IMG/VR virus record: IMGVR_UViG_3300044805_000178
Coordinates: 1 to 59,258 of that record
Origin: a virus
Lineage: Duplodnaviria; Caudoviricetes
Strand: one strand, 5' to 3'
DNA: 59,258 nt
Part shown: positions 36,101-44,604 of the stretch, piece by piece
Numbering within the stretch: the stretch's first letter is position 1
How the letters are laid out: each line of letters starts with the position of its first letter
Notes under the pieces: generated by a model
Seen by the model: the letters and a program-made list of their open reading frames with translations, nothing else
What the model was told of the DNA's origin: nothing
Databases searched by the model: none
Made by a program: the position numbers and the translations under genes

Positions 36101-38714
36101 AAACGGCGGAACCGTCACGGACTCTCTTGACGTTTACATGCAGGCCCAGCTTTCTCAAAGTGTTACGGCAAACAACCTTGAAGAGCGGCGCGAAAAGCTT
36201 TTTGAGCCCCTGATGAACTACATCAGGGAGAGTGGCTTGTCTCAGGCTGAGTTTGAAGATTATCTTTATGCGCGGCACGCCCCCGAAAGGAATGCACGCA
36301 TTCGAAAGATTAATCCAAACGCAGATCCGAGCATTGGCTCTGGTATGTCAGACGAAGAAGCGGCTGACATTATTGGTGCCGTGGATAACTCCCCGCAGAG
36401 AAATGCTTTCTTTGAGGCTGAAAGGCTTTTCCGGGAGATCATCAAGGACACAAACAACCTTCGTGTTGAGTCGGGGCTCACCCCAGACTTCAATGCCATG
36501 ATGATCGAGGACGAAAACGGAGACCTTGTACAGGTCGATAATTATGAGTTTTATGTTCCTCTTCGGGGTTTTGCGGACGAATCAATACTTGAAAACGAAA
36601 TTGAACCAGAGATGCGGGCTCGTATTGGTCAGGGCTTCAAGATCCGTGGCCGTGAGGATATGCGGGCCTTTGGACGCCGCTCTAAGGCAAGTGATATTCT
36701 GGCCCACGCCATGCTCCAGAATAGCGAAGCTGTTGTAAGGGCTGCAAAGAACAAGGTTAATCTTTCTCTGCTCGATCTGGTTGAGGCAAACCCGGAACTT
36801 ATGGCTGACTACGGCGTTGAGGTGATGACGCGCGGCAAGAAGCCAATGAAGAAATACGTTACGGCTCAGGGTATCGTTAAGACAATGGTCGATCCGATGT
36901 ACAAGAACCGTGATGATGTTCTTATCGCCAAGAGAAATGGCGAAGAAGTGCCGATCAAAATTGACAATCGGTTCCTCCAGAAGGCACTCATTGTAAATCG
37001 TAGCGGCGACCCCGGTGCGGGGCAAAAGATCCTTGATGTATTCCAGAGAATTAATCGTTTTATTGCCTCTGTGAACACAGTTTACAACCCCGAATTTATG
37101 ATCGTTAACTTCTCAAGAGATCTTCAGCAGGCATTGATTAACATCTCTCAGTTTGAGATTGATGTTGTGAAGAAAAAGGTTCTTACAGACTCCCTGTCCG
37201 CTACGAAGGGTGTTTATCAGGTCTTGAGAAACCCAGAAGCACAGAACGACTGGTCTGACTGGTATAAGATGTTCCGCGAGGATGGCGGAAATACAAGCGG
37301 GTTCTTTGGTGCATTCTCGATTGAAGAAACACTTCGCGAGATTGAGAAGATGTCCGCAGATCCCAGTGGCTCTGTTGCTGCAAGAGGTAGGCAGGCTATC
37401 AAGTCCACCTTGAAGTTCCTTGAGGATGCCAACGGGGCTTTTGAAAATGCCATCCGGCTTTCGGTTTACAAGAACGTCATTGAGGCAGGGGCTTCCCGGC
37501 AGAAGGCGGCGTTTGTTGCAAAAAATCTCACCGTCAACTTCGATCAGCGTGGTGAGCTTGGCCCCATCCTGAATTCTCTTTATCTCTTCTACAACGCATC
37601 TGTTCAGGGGACTATCGCGCTTGCGACAGCGGCGGCAAGATCAAAGAAGGTGCGGAAAATTCTTGGCGGCATCGTGATGCTTGGTCTTATTCAGGATCAG
37701 ATCAATAGCCTCCTGTCTGACGATGAAGAAAACATCTACGACAAGATCCCGGATTACAAGCTTGAGAACAACATAATCATCATGGACCCGTATGGTTTCT
37801 CCAAGAACGGATACTTCGCCCTCCCGCTGCCGTATGGTGCAAATGCGTTCTTCAACTTTGGTCGGGCTATGTCGAGAAACATGCGGGGAGAATACACTTC
37901 TTCCGAAGCCACCACAACGATCCTCTCTACTTTCGTTGACGCTTTCAACCCAGTTGGCGGCACAGAAAGCCTTCTTAATTTCATTGCCCCGACAACGCTT
38001 GACCCAGTTATTGCACTCAGCATGAACTTGGATTTCTCCGGGAAGAGAATTTACCCAGAGCCATTTCCGGGGTCTGTGCCGAAGGCAGACAGTCAAATGT
38101 ATTTTTCGTCCACCAGCCCGATCTTCGTGTCGGTGGCTGACTTCCTCAACAGCGCGACTGGTGGCTCCGAATATGTTCCGGGCATGGTGAGCTTCAAGCC
38201 GGATGCAATGGAGTACATTTATGACTACATCCTTGGCGGGGCAGGTGCCTTCGTTAAGAGAGTGGTTGATACAACAACCAACACAATCCCCGCAGCACTG
38301 TCTGGTGACTTGGAAAACCTCGAAATAAATAACGTCCCAGTCCTCAGAAAGCTATACGGGAACGTGTCTGAGCGCGTATCCTTTGAGGATTATTTCAACA
38401 AGGTTAATCATATCCTCACCCGTGGCGAGGAACTTAAATTCGCGATTAAGGAAGGCAACCCGGAGCAAGTTAAATCTGTTCGGGCAAGATTTGCCGATGA
38501 ACTTAAGGTTTACCCGGCAGTGAAGAGCCTCGCAAATCAGAGGAACAGGCTTGCTTCAGAGCTTAGAAAGATTCGCGAAAACACAAAAATGCCCCCGGAG
38601 GTTAAACGCCGGAGGCAAGAAGCGATACAAAAGCAGATTGAAGGAATCACCAAAAGAGTTGAAGAGCTTTACGACAAGTCGATTGGTAACAAGTATCCGG
38701 GGATCTTCTCTTAA
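33159..38714 (+). CDS. Giant polyvalent ejection protein (HExxH zincin-like domain, C-terminal LPD38-like domain)
   Basis: 1851 aa; NHETIH; ENAIRLSVY, AKNLTVNFDQRG, LYLFYNASVQG, LPLPYG. Confidence 0.82.
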   Translation: MARTVYVRGVGKSYSFPDGTSDDQVVSYLSRLHPPAPPPAPPPEEPIGALESGFYSSLGKLEAAGGKAAEAVGLEGISGYLLEESRKSQEYADKYKPSVGDVTQIGGIGDLASFTGETIAQSAPETAVGVGGAYVGASIGAFGGPAGALAGGLIGGAIASLPFFVGGNLQRQAEEQGIPLEEIDLTAASVGAIAQAPLDAAFETLIARKLPGGGAALDIVRKGFFKEVAKSAGQGALTEALTEPAQQAIELAQANPEKLREFGPEVQQEILNAAAAGALAGGAISGVAGGVGAIGKPTEQSLAQTELRTDITAKRLEGDQLKRAAEVNMGVEKLAAQPQIGRLKLDQITIEPTKENGLRAPVKRFRVADYKGNAIAEFSDPVLATNAVDQYKKLSKKNIILQGLPTGAEIPTAKISAAAAPEAKVTPPQVTQPAEVPPVATPKVEPTGEGMRPVKTFKTTFGSEYTIYPDGGTTRVKTPHPGHPVTDVGLKPKSQKTYFIRPEDHQILDIVQAENPLGSMIIAEYSPGKIGVKYTDGKYAGKFLKDSVVNTFESPEIGLMPLEIWKGGKRTHFGNKITEISEVPIVEPVAEPVTSEPTPSEPTVVTAEELSTDATPIGSVEPAPVEAVESVPAADIPGTDLRSAIATGKEAMTVSPEEQIEVRQKIEERTNKIAEEVRTSLGRYGLKDVQAKFVPAFVDGMKVRPQLGAAGMSGDKAFIKLAVGIFDPDMPIEQMVDRVIDTLNHETIHSLLDLGLIRPVEMKALLEAASRTKMKGKKYTYLDYVKTIYDPKKPGMELYKDPNAVAEESVAEMFREWRKGYAGVPTNSRGLINRIVETLRRIFGAMKRQSYESIFEDIAAGRVGKRQRDIKRAKDSRFLAGESEPQEKKNFIPENPYLSVAPVYPFGQRVRQSNAQTTNRVLDEIEYGTIVTGISKLFKSRILSTVVPERFRPSDEAVTRFIQLFGDRILPVGQMIDYVRANGGTVTDSLDVYMQAQLSQSVTANNLEERREKLFEPLMNYIRESGLSQAEFEDYLYARHAPERNARIRKINPNADPSIGSGMSDEEAADIIGAVDNSPQRNAFFEAERLFREIIKDTNNLRVESGLTPDFNAMMIEDENGDLVQVDNYEFYVPLRGFADESILENEIEPEMRARIGQGFKIRGREDMRAFGRRSKASDILAHAMLQNSEAVVRAAKNKVNLSLLDLVEANPELMADYGVEVMTRGKKPMKKYVTAQGIVKTMVDPMYKNRDDVLIAKRNGEEVPIKIDNRFLQKALIVNRSGDPGAGQKILDVFQRINRFIASVNTVYNPEFMIVNFSRDLQQALINISQFEIDVVKKKVLTDSLSATKGVYQVLRNPEAQNDWSDWYKMFREDGGNTSGFFGAFSIEETLREIEKMSADPSGSVAARGRQAIKSTLKFLEDANGAFENAIRLSVYKNVIEAGASRQKAAFVAKNLTVNFDQRGELGPILNSLYLFYNASVQGTIALATAAARSKKVRKILGGIVMLGLIQDQINSLLSDDEENIYDKIPDYKLENNIIIMDPYGFSKNGYFALPLPYGANAFFNFGRAMSRNMRGEYTSSEATTTILSTFVDAFNPVGGTESLLNFIAPTTLDPVIALSMNLDFSGKRIYPEPFPGSVPKADSQMYFSSTSPIFVSVADFLNSATGGSEYVPGMVSFKPDAMEYIYDYILGGAGAFVKRVVDTTTNTIPAALSGDLENLEINNVPVLRKLYGNVSERVSFEDYFNKVNHILTRGEELKFAIKEGNPEQVKSVRARFADELKVYPAVKSLANQRNRLASELRKIRENTKMPPEVKRRRQEAIQKQIEGITKRVEELYDKSIGNKYPGIFS

Positions 38715-39541
38715 GCTGCTTGGATAGTAACGGATGTCAGGTTGCCTACAGCACTCTCTGCAAGCTTAGTGCTGTCGGCTTGTTCCGCATAATAAGCCGC
38801 CATCCGAATGGATTTATGGCCAAGCATAGCGGCAATCTCACTAATGGGGCGTCCATTTTCCGCCAAGGAAGAAGCAACCCCCTTTCTTATTCCATGAAAC
38901 ACCTTCTCAACGCCAAGGCGCTTTGACTCTACTGCAAACAGCTTCCGGAAGTTGGAGTCACCCATGATCTTAGTGCCGGAAACAATGTAGGATGCGGGGC
39001 TTCGCTTCGGTGCAATAGCAGACAGAATGGCCTCAAGATCCGGATGCACCTTGATCTTCATCTCTGTTTTTGTTTTGCTCTGTGTGAGGGCAATATAACC
39101 ATCTACATAATCACCCATACGCATTGCGAGAATATCACCTTCCCGCTGCCCGGTGTACCAAGCCAGTGCCACAGCGATTGAGATACGCTCGTCAGCCTCA
39201 CTGATAATCCTCCCTACCTCCTCGGGGCTCCATTTTTCATGGCCCTGAAGCTTGTTCTTCTTCATATTGGCCACAGGATTGGCAGCAACAAGATCCCGGT
39301 CAAGGGCATAGCCATACAGGATGGAAGCCACACGCAGCACAAGGTTTGCAGACCCCGGCCTATTCGACATCTCATCCTTCATCTTGATGAAGTCAGAGCG
39401 GCGAAGCTTTGTTGCGTCCCGGCTCTTAAAATAGCTTGAAAGATTCTTAGCCCCGTAGGCATAGCCGCGCCAAGAAGCAACACTCAGCTTCTTATAGGAG
39501 TCCGTGCTGCTATAGCCCTTAAACAGTTCATCAAAAGTCAC
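38711..39541 (-). CDS. int: Tyrosine recombinase/integrase
   Basis: YTGQREGDI (R), KT (K), FHGIRK (HxxR), LGH, YY. Confidence 0.88.
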   Translation of the reverse strand: MTFDELFKGYSSTDSYKKLSVASWRGYAYGAKNLSSYFKSRDATKLRRSDFIKMKDEMSNRPGSANLVLRVASILYGYALDRDLVAANPVANMKKNKLQGHEKWSPEEVGRIISEADERISIAVALAWYTGQREGDILAMRMGDYVDGYIALTQSKTKTEMKIKVHPDLEAILSAIAPKRSPASYIVSGTKIMGDSNFRKLFAVESKRLGVEKVFHGIRKGVASSLAENGRPISEIAAMLGHKSIRMAAYYAEQADSTKLAESAVGNLTSVTIQAA

Positions 39542-39990
39542 TTCTTCACCTCACCTTTTTTCAAGGCCGCTTCAAACTCGGCCTTCAGTTCAAAAAATCT
39601 TCCACGGGCATCTTCGTTTGTTCTGAATTCAGAGCGGGATTGTACACCACAGACATCTCTGAGGGCGGCAATAGCGCCAGATTGATCGCGGCTACCACTG
39701 TAACCATTATCAAAAAGCCAAGAAACGAAACGATCATTGCGGCACAAAAGACCAGCAATATCCACTGCCTTATCGCCATCTGTTTTTTCCTTTGGTTGAA
39801 CCACCTCATCCTGATCGCTTAAACGCGCCAGCACCATAACATACCTAGAGCCAAGAGGGTCAAGAATAAGATCCTTCGGCAAGTCATTGGGATGGATTGC
39901 CAGCTTAAGGATGTGACCATTCTTGTCCTGCGACATTGCTATCTTCACAACCTCGCATTGAATGGTATTGCGGTCTGCCCAATCAGTCAT
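39538..39990 (-). CDS. Hypothetical protein
   Basis: Coupled ORF; AGLLCR..CGVQSRSE. Confidence 0.7.
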   Translation of the reverse strand: MTDWADRNTIQCEVVKIAMSQDKNGHILKLAIHPNDLPKDLILDPLGSRYVMVLARLSDQDEVVQPKEKTDGDKAVDIAGLLCRNDRFVSWLFDNGYSGSRDQSGAIAALRDVCGVQSRSEFRTNEDARGRFFELKAEFEAALKKGEVKK

Positions 39991-40268
39991 GGCAAGTTTT
40001 CCTCGTCCACATCCTCATCAAAGTGTATTTTCATAGCCATCTTCAACGCATCAATAAACTCGTCCATCTCAACCCAATCCTTCCCAGACATATGCTTTTG
40101 CCAACTATAATTTGGGTGAGTGGTTTTGATAGCATCTTTTTTTATTGCATAAGTTCCATCAAGGCATTCAATCCCAAAGATTGTTACAGCCCACTGATCG
40201 TTCCTATACAGGATTTTTGAAGGCTTTTCACCGCGAACTTTTGGCAGCTTCTTCAACTCTCTGGTCAT
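39987..40268 (-). CDS. Hypothetical protein
   Basis: QWAVT.FGIEC..HM..K.WV pattern. Confidence 0.65.
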   Translation of the reverse strand: MTRELKKLPKVRGEKPSKILYRNDQWAVTIFGIECLDGTYAIKKDAIKTTHPNYSWQKHMSGKDWVEMDEFIDALKMAMKIHFDEDVDEENLP

Positions 40269-40283
40269 TTTTCTCGCGCCTGC

Positions 40284-40586
40284 TTATTCATATTTCAAAA
40301 CCCCGGTCTTGTACTTACCGCTAGAGCCTACACCCGGGACCCAAGCGAGAGTGAGCTTAGATGGTACAATTGGCTTAGCCAGTTCTTCTTCAGGAAGATC
40401 ACTCCTGAACTTATTCTTGATGATCTTCCTATTCCAAGCCGCAAGCACTTGGTTCTTTGTGGCACCAAGCTCTTTGCCAATCTTGCCAAAGCTTTTCTTG
40501 TCGTTTTCCCTTAACTTCCTAAGCTTTGCAAGCTTATCTTCCGTCCAGAACGAAGGCTTCTTCTTGTTGCTATACTGATTGCCCAT
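40284..40586 (-). CDS. GcrA-like HTH protein
   Basis: WTEDKLAKLRKL...SFGKIGKELGATKNQV resembles the GcrA N-terminus. Confidence 0.6.
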   Translation of the reverse strand: MGNQYSNKKKPSFWTEDKLAKLRKLRENDKKSFGKIGKELGATKNQVLAAWNRKIIKNKFRSDLPEEELAKPIVPSKLTLAWVPGVGSSGKYKTGVLKYE

Positions 40587-40716
40587 CCTTCTTCCTTTCC
40601 CGCTCTTGCCGGAAGAATTCGTCCAACTTAATCCTCAACTCATCAGGTATGCAGTAGTCGAGCATGAGCGGGATCTCAACCGTGAGAACCATCACAGGTT
40701 CGAGGTCTTCGTTCAT
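40570..40716 (-). CDS. 48-aa hypothetical protein (below the ORF-track cutoff)
   Basis: MNEDLEPVMVLTVEIPLMLDYCIPDELR...; fills the gap. Confidence 0.5.
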   Translation of the reverse strand: MNEDLEPVMVLTVEIPLMLDYCIPDELRIKLDEFFRQERERKKDGQSV

Positions 40717-40729
40717 ATGAGTGCCGTAG

Positions 40730-41128
40730 TCAATGATTTTCATCTGATCCTGCCTTAACTAAAATGTTGTCAACAGACTCGCTGTAGTAGCCGTTGGACT
40801 CACCAATCCAACTGATGTTTACATGGCCTTTGATCGTCCCAAACTTGTAGAACGTCCAAGTTTCGGTGCCATATGTTGTATGGCCGCTATTGCTTCTTTC
40901 TTCCGCCTCAAGAAGAGGGGAGCCAATAAGGTCAGAAAGGTGGCCCACAACATCTCTGACCGTTACGCTCTCGCAGCAATCCTGAATGTGATAAAGAATA
41001 TACTGATCGCCATTTTCCTCAGTGAAAACAACACGATCATCATTGTCATTGATGACGTTTTTGAACGTCTTGCCAAGCATATCCCCGATATTAAATCTCA
41101 GGGAGCCATAGTAGTAGTCCCTCATCAT
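40730..41128 (-). CDS. Phage protein with an HxQDCCE motif
   Basis: HIQDCCESV, TWTFYK..T.KG, GESNGYYSE. Confidence 0.75.
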   Translation of the reverse strand: MMRDYYYGSLRFNIGDMLGKTFKNVINDNDDRVVFTEENGDQYILYHIQDCCESVTVRDVVGHLSDLIGSPLLEAEERSNSGHTTYGTETWTFYKFGTIKGHVNISWIGESNGYYSESVDNILVKAGSDENH

Positions 41129-41361
41129 GACCTCTTCGGCTGGCGCTTACGGTTCTCGGTTTTGGGTATAACGCGCGTCTTGACGTTCTCAAGGCTTCCT
41201 GTGCGAGGTGCCGAAATATGATCCACTTCCTTGCCGTCACCCTTGCTCACACGGCCATCCTTCTCAGCCTCTGCACGGGCGGCGTTTCGCTGAGCCCTGC
41301 GCTTCTTCTGCTCTGGCTTGGCGTGGTATTCGTCGTATTCTTTCTTAAGGTCTCTTACCAT
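41125..41361 (-). CDS. Small HNH-like protein
   Basis: RAQRNAAR..KGDGKEVDH..N..NR. Confidence 0.65.
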   Translation of the reverse strand: MVRDLKKEYDEYHAKPEQKKRRAQRNAARAEAEKDGRVSKGDGKEVDHISAPRTGSLENVKTRVIPKTENRKRQPKRS

Positions 41362-41885
41362 GACATCTTCCTCTTCATCTCTTCGTATTGCTGGTCAAGT
41401 TCTTCCCACAATTCAACAAACTCATTCGGCTGCCACAGAGCAAACTTGAAATAAATGAACTCTTTCAAGTACATAGCCATCCAATGCTCCCCATGCTTAA
41501 TCGACCTTTCTTGATTGTGCCGACGATCACAAAGCTTGATCAGCGTGGCGTCGGGGCTGCGGCGGATAAGGTGATATGTATGGAGGTGCCGCTCTATACG
41601 ATTCTTGCCTTCCTTGTCCGTGAGAGCGTTAACAATTGTAAAGACGCGGTATCCAAAGTGGTCAGCGATTTCATGTCGTTTTGTCTTAGTATCTTCAAGG
41701 ATATCATGTAACCACGCAGCAGCAATAACCTGATCATGGTCTGATATGTTTACATAAGGGTCGTAGTGCTTGTGGACGTTTTCAGCCACATCCGCCAAGT
41801 GATCCCCAATCTTAAGACACCCATGATCCTGTTCACCATGCCGCTCAAGAGCGAATGCGCCAGCCTCTGAATAATCAATCTTCAT
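41355..41885 (-). CDS. HD-domain hydrolase, SpoT/Mesh1 (small alarmone hydrolase)-like
   Basis: FA..RHGEQ, HL.DV, AAWLHDILEDT, V.ALTD, IKLCDR.HN. Confidence 0.85.
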   Translation of the reverse strand: MKIDYSEAGAFALERHGEQDHGCLKIGDHLADVAENVHKHYDPYVNISDHDQVIAAAWLHDILEDTKTKRHEIADHFGYRVFTIVNALTDKEGKNRIERHLHTYHLIRRSPDATLIKLCDRRHNQERSIKHGEHWMAMYLKEFIYFKFALWQPNEFVELWEELDQQYEEMKRKMSW

Positions 41886-42159
41886 TTTTGTCTCCTTTTA
41901 TCTCTGCGAGAATTGATAAAGCATCAATGCCATGCAAGTCAAGAAATAATTTCTCATCCCCGAAGGCATGAAGCTCATCATGGTGTTTTCTGCACAACGG
42001 GATGGTGAAATCGTCACCGTTTTTTAACGCCGCAGCCCTCTTGTGCCCCACTGTTCTCAGGTGATGGGCATCCGCAACAGGGCTCTTACAAATGCAACAG
42101 CCGTGGCTACGAACCACGGCCATATGCTTCTTGCTGCGATATCTTTTATGCCGAAGCAA
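41875..42159 (-). CDS. DUF968/Ref-like His-Me nuclease-type protein
   Basis: CCIC...DAHH...D..TIPLCRKHH.ELH; start estimated at a TTG. Confidence 0.7.
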   Translation of the reverse strand: MLRHKRYRSKKHMAVVRSHGCCICKSPVADAHHLRTVGHKRAAALKNGDDFTIPLCRKHHDELHAFGDEKLFLDLHGIDALSILAEIKGDKNED

Positions 42160-42655
42160 TTGATTCCCCAAACACAGGTAATGGTTCCTTGTGAAGGCGG
42201 TCTTGGTCAACCCACCAAGCCTCAACACCAAATTTATTGGCTGGCCTGTAAAACTCAGGAACCTTTGCGTCCTTGGCATACATCCAGCCGACCAAATGAA
42301 ATTCGGGGTTTTGACAAATTACCAACATAAATGGCTCATCGTCTTTATCTGATTTTCTTATTATAAGATGGCCGTTTTTGCGCGTGTTCGACCTGACTTG
42401 AATGATTCCAACGTCCGCAGCCTTGCCCACATTGACAGAAGGATTCCAATAAACTCCGTATGCCTTTGCAACTGCAATCTCGGCCAAAGCACCGTTTATA
42501 TCTGTTTCCCACTGATGATCATTGTTTGCCTCTGCATCTCTATTGCCGCGAGGCAATTCGCGTTGGTGAGAGGCCACGTTCCTTATAACACCTATGTCTG
42601 AAGCAATGTATATTTCAGGATGTGTAAGCTTGATTGTCTTTGGAAATTTAAACAC
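42146..42655 (-). CDS. Hypothetical protein, possible PD-(D/E)xK nuclease
   Basis: GALAEIAVAK...ADVG.IQVRS. Confidence 0.55.
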   Translation of the reverse strand: MFKFPKTIKLTHPEIYIASDIGVIRNVASHQRELPRGNRDAEANNDHQWETDINGALAEIAVAKAYGVYWNPSVNVGKAADVGIIQVRSNTRKNGHLIIRKSDKDDEPFMLVICQNPEFHLVGWMYAKDAKVPEFYRPANKFGVEAWWVDQDRLHKEPLPVFGESIASA

Positions 42656-42832
42656 CTACAAATCCTCATTGTAGTTTGATTTGTCAGTATATCCATTTTT
42701 TTCCAGTTCCTTTTCTATAACAAACCTCATCCCCAGAATGGCGAACGAAATCAAAGCCTCCTCATCAAAAAGAACCTTGTAATCTGCACTGCCATCTTCA
42801 TTCTCAATAACTTCGCAAATATCTACTTTCAT
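42656..42832 (-). CDS. Small hypothetical protein
   Basis: ENEDGSA motif. Confidence 0.6.
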   Translation of the reverse strand: MKVDICEVIENEDGSADYKVLFDEEALISFAILGMRFVIEKELEKNGYTDKSNYNEDL

Positions 42833-43413
42833 AGGCACAGCCTCGCCAGAGTGGAACCAACCTGCTTCACATCGGTGTAGAGATTCGAAGCCCAGTTATA
42901 CCACGGCACTCTCTTTTCGGGGCCGTAATAGTCGTGGATGAAGATGGCTGCGTCACGCTTCTTTGCTTTCGCGTGGATCGTAGCCAGCACTGCACCCCGG
43001 CAAATCCCATCCACGAAATAGATGTCTGAGTTCCAGATGTTTGGGCAAAAGATATCGTCTGCCGGATCGATGTAGGTGCTTGCAAAACAAGGGTTTTCTT
43101 CAAATGGAACCCCGTATCCATAGAATCGGATATCAATCGATTGGCCCTCGAATGTCGGTGGCTTGAAGATGTAGGAGAAGTTCTCGCAGCATTCGCCCGG
43201 GTACTCATCTCCAATCAGAATCTCTTCCCTCACCTTGTCATACCACTGCTCGTTATGCTCAATGGACACAAGCCTGCCAGTATTGAAGTACTTTATAAAC
43301 ATGGTTGTGGAGCCACCAGAGCCCCATTCAACCATCTCGCTTCCGGGAGCCTTGTTCGCAAGGAACTGCTCAAAGAACGTGATTTCATCTGGATCAAGTC
43401 GTGGAGGTAGCAT
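42829..43413 (-). CDS. Class I SAM-dependent methyltransferase-like protein
   Basis: VEWGSGGST, SIEH, FVDG, IHDY. Confidence 0.75.
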   Translation of the reverse strand: MLPPRLDPDEITFFEQFLANKAPGSEMVEWGSGGSTTMFIKYFNTGRLVSIEHNEQWYDKVREEILIGDEYPGECCENFSYIFKPPTFEGQSIDIRFYGYGVPFEENPCFASTYIDPADDIFCPNIWNSDIYFVDGICRGAVLATIHAKAKKRDAAIFIHDYYGPEKRVPWYNWASNLYTDVKQVGSTLARLCL

Positions 43414-43415
43414 GT

Positions 43416-43634
43416 TTACACCGCATCAATTGTGAATGTTTGACCCGGCACAACATTGAGTGCCGTGTCGATGATTTTGTTGTTGCCGCGATAACTTCTT
43501 ACGCGGATCTTCGTGACGCCCTTTGGCACCACAAATGTGGCGGCGGGCTTTCGATTAGATGCCTCGGTTGGACCTATCATGAATTGTGTGAAGGCCAATG
43601 TCGCTATGGCCCCAAACGCAGATCTCTTGTTCAT
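43416..43634 (-). CDS. Small exported protein
   Basis: SD AAGGA; signal-peptide-like N-terminus. Confidence 0.55.
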   Translation of the reverse strand: MNKRSAFGAIATLAFTQFMIGPTEASNRKPAATFVVPKGVTKIRVRSYRGNNKIIDTALNVVPGQTFTIDAV

Positions 43635-43864
43635 TTCCTTTTTGCTTTCTCTTCATGGTTTGACCCGGCCCAATCAGTTCTTCCGTCCTTTGGACCTTTC
43701 CAACGATTACCAAATTCTTTCGGGTGTGGCAATAACTCTTTTTCAGTTTGCAGGGCATCACGCACAGCCGCGCGTTCGCGACTATGCTCTTGCTGTTTAA
43801 ATTGTTTCTCTGTTTCGGAAGTAGTGATCCCGGTTATGGGACGCTTCTTTCTGGATCTCGACAT
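43631..43864 (-). CDS. Small basic protein (MSRSRKK)
   Basis: SD GGAG; coupled. Confidence 0.6.
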   Translation of the reverse strand: MSRSRKKRPITGITTSETEKQFKQQEHSRERAAVRDALQTEKELLPHPKEFGNRWKGPKDGRTDWAGSNHEEKAKRK

Positions 43865-44592
43865 TCAATCTCCATCAAACGGCGACCGATAATCTCAGGG
43901 ATCTGTGGAACTACGGCGTTTCCGAGTTGCTTAAGTCGGTCCACCCGATTGGGAATCCCATCATCCATTCTCCGAACGAGGGGTGTAGGCCAACGATCTC
44001 CTGACTGGAACGGAGAGTTTGCGATGTCGAGCAAATCCTTCTCGCTACGCACCCCCCCCTGTCGAGCCTTGCCAATATCTGCGCTTGTGACCAATCTCTC
44101 CCCTCTCGCGCTGCCAATGTGGGCAATGATCCATATCCGGTCCCTTTGGTGAGGAGCACCAACGGCGGAAGCGGGGATGCAATGCCATTCCGCATCGTAC
44201 CCGATCTCAGAGAGCCCCCTGAGTACTTCGTCCAATCCTCTATTGCGAAGGGCTGAGACGTTTTCGATGATCGCATAGCGCGGCCTGATTTCCTTGATGA
44301 GCCTGTGGAACTCAAACCAGAGCCCGCTCCGCTTTCCTTCGAGACCCTCTCCTCGTCCTGCGAGGCTGATGTCTTGACAGGGGAACCCTCCGCAAATAAC
44401 GTCAACTTGCTCATTGATGTCCTCCTTCTTGAGCTTTGACACATCTTCAAAGATTGGCACTTCAGGCCAATGCTTCTTCAACACAAGCTGTGCTTTCTTG
44501 TCGATTTCACAAAAGGCGATGGTTTTCATCCCGGCTCTTTCAAGCCCAAGAGAGAATCCACCAATGCCAGAGAAAAGATCAAGTACGTTCAT
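43834..44592 (-). CDS. DNA (cytosine-5) methyltransferase, alpha chain (lacks motif IX)
   Basis: DLFSGIGG, GGFPCQ, ENV, HQRDRIW, LGNAVVP. Confidence 0.92.
   Translation of the reverse strand: MNVLDLFSGIGGFSLGLERAGMKTIAFCEIDKKAQLVLKKHWPEVPIFEDVSKLKKEDINEQVDVICGGFPCQDISLAGRGEGLEGKRSGLWFEFHRLIKEIRPRYAIIENVSALRNRGLDEVLRGLSEIGYDAEWHCIPASAVGAPHQRDRIWIIAHIGSARGERLVTSADIGKARQGGVRSEKDLLDIANSPFQSGDRWPTPLVRRMDDGIPNRVDRLKQLGNAVVPQIPEIIGRRLMEIECRDPERSVP
43911..44414 (-). CDS. Nested alternative-frame beta chain of the C5 methyltransferase
   Basis: SD AAGGAGG before ATG 44414; C-terminal LHPSFGEWMMGFPIGWTD is motif IX-like. Confidence 0.75.
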   Translation of the reverse strand: MSKLTLFAEGSPVKTSASQDEERVSKESGAGSGLSSTGSSRKSGRAMRSSKTSQPFAIEDWTKYSGGSLRSGTMRNGIASPLPPLVLLTKGTGYGSLPTLAAREGRDWSQAQILARLDRGGCVARRICSTSQTLRSSQEIVGLHPSFGEWMMGFPIGWTDLSNSETP

Positions 44593-44604
44593 TTTGTCCT
44601 CCTA

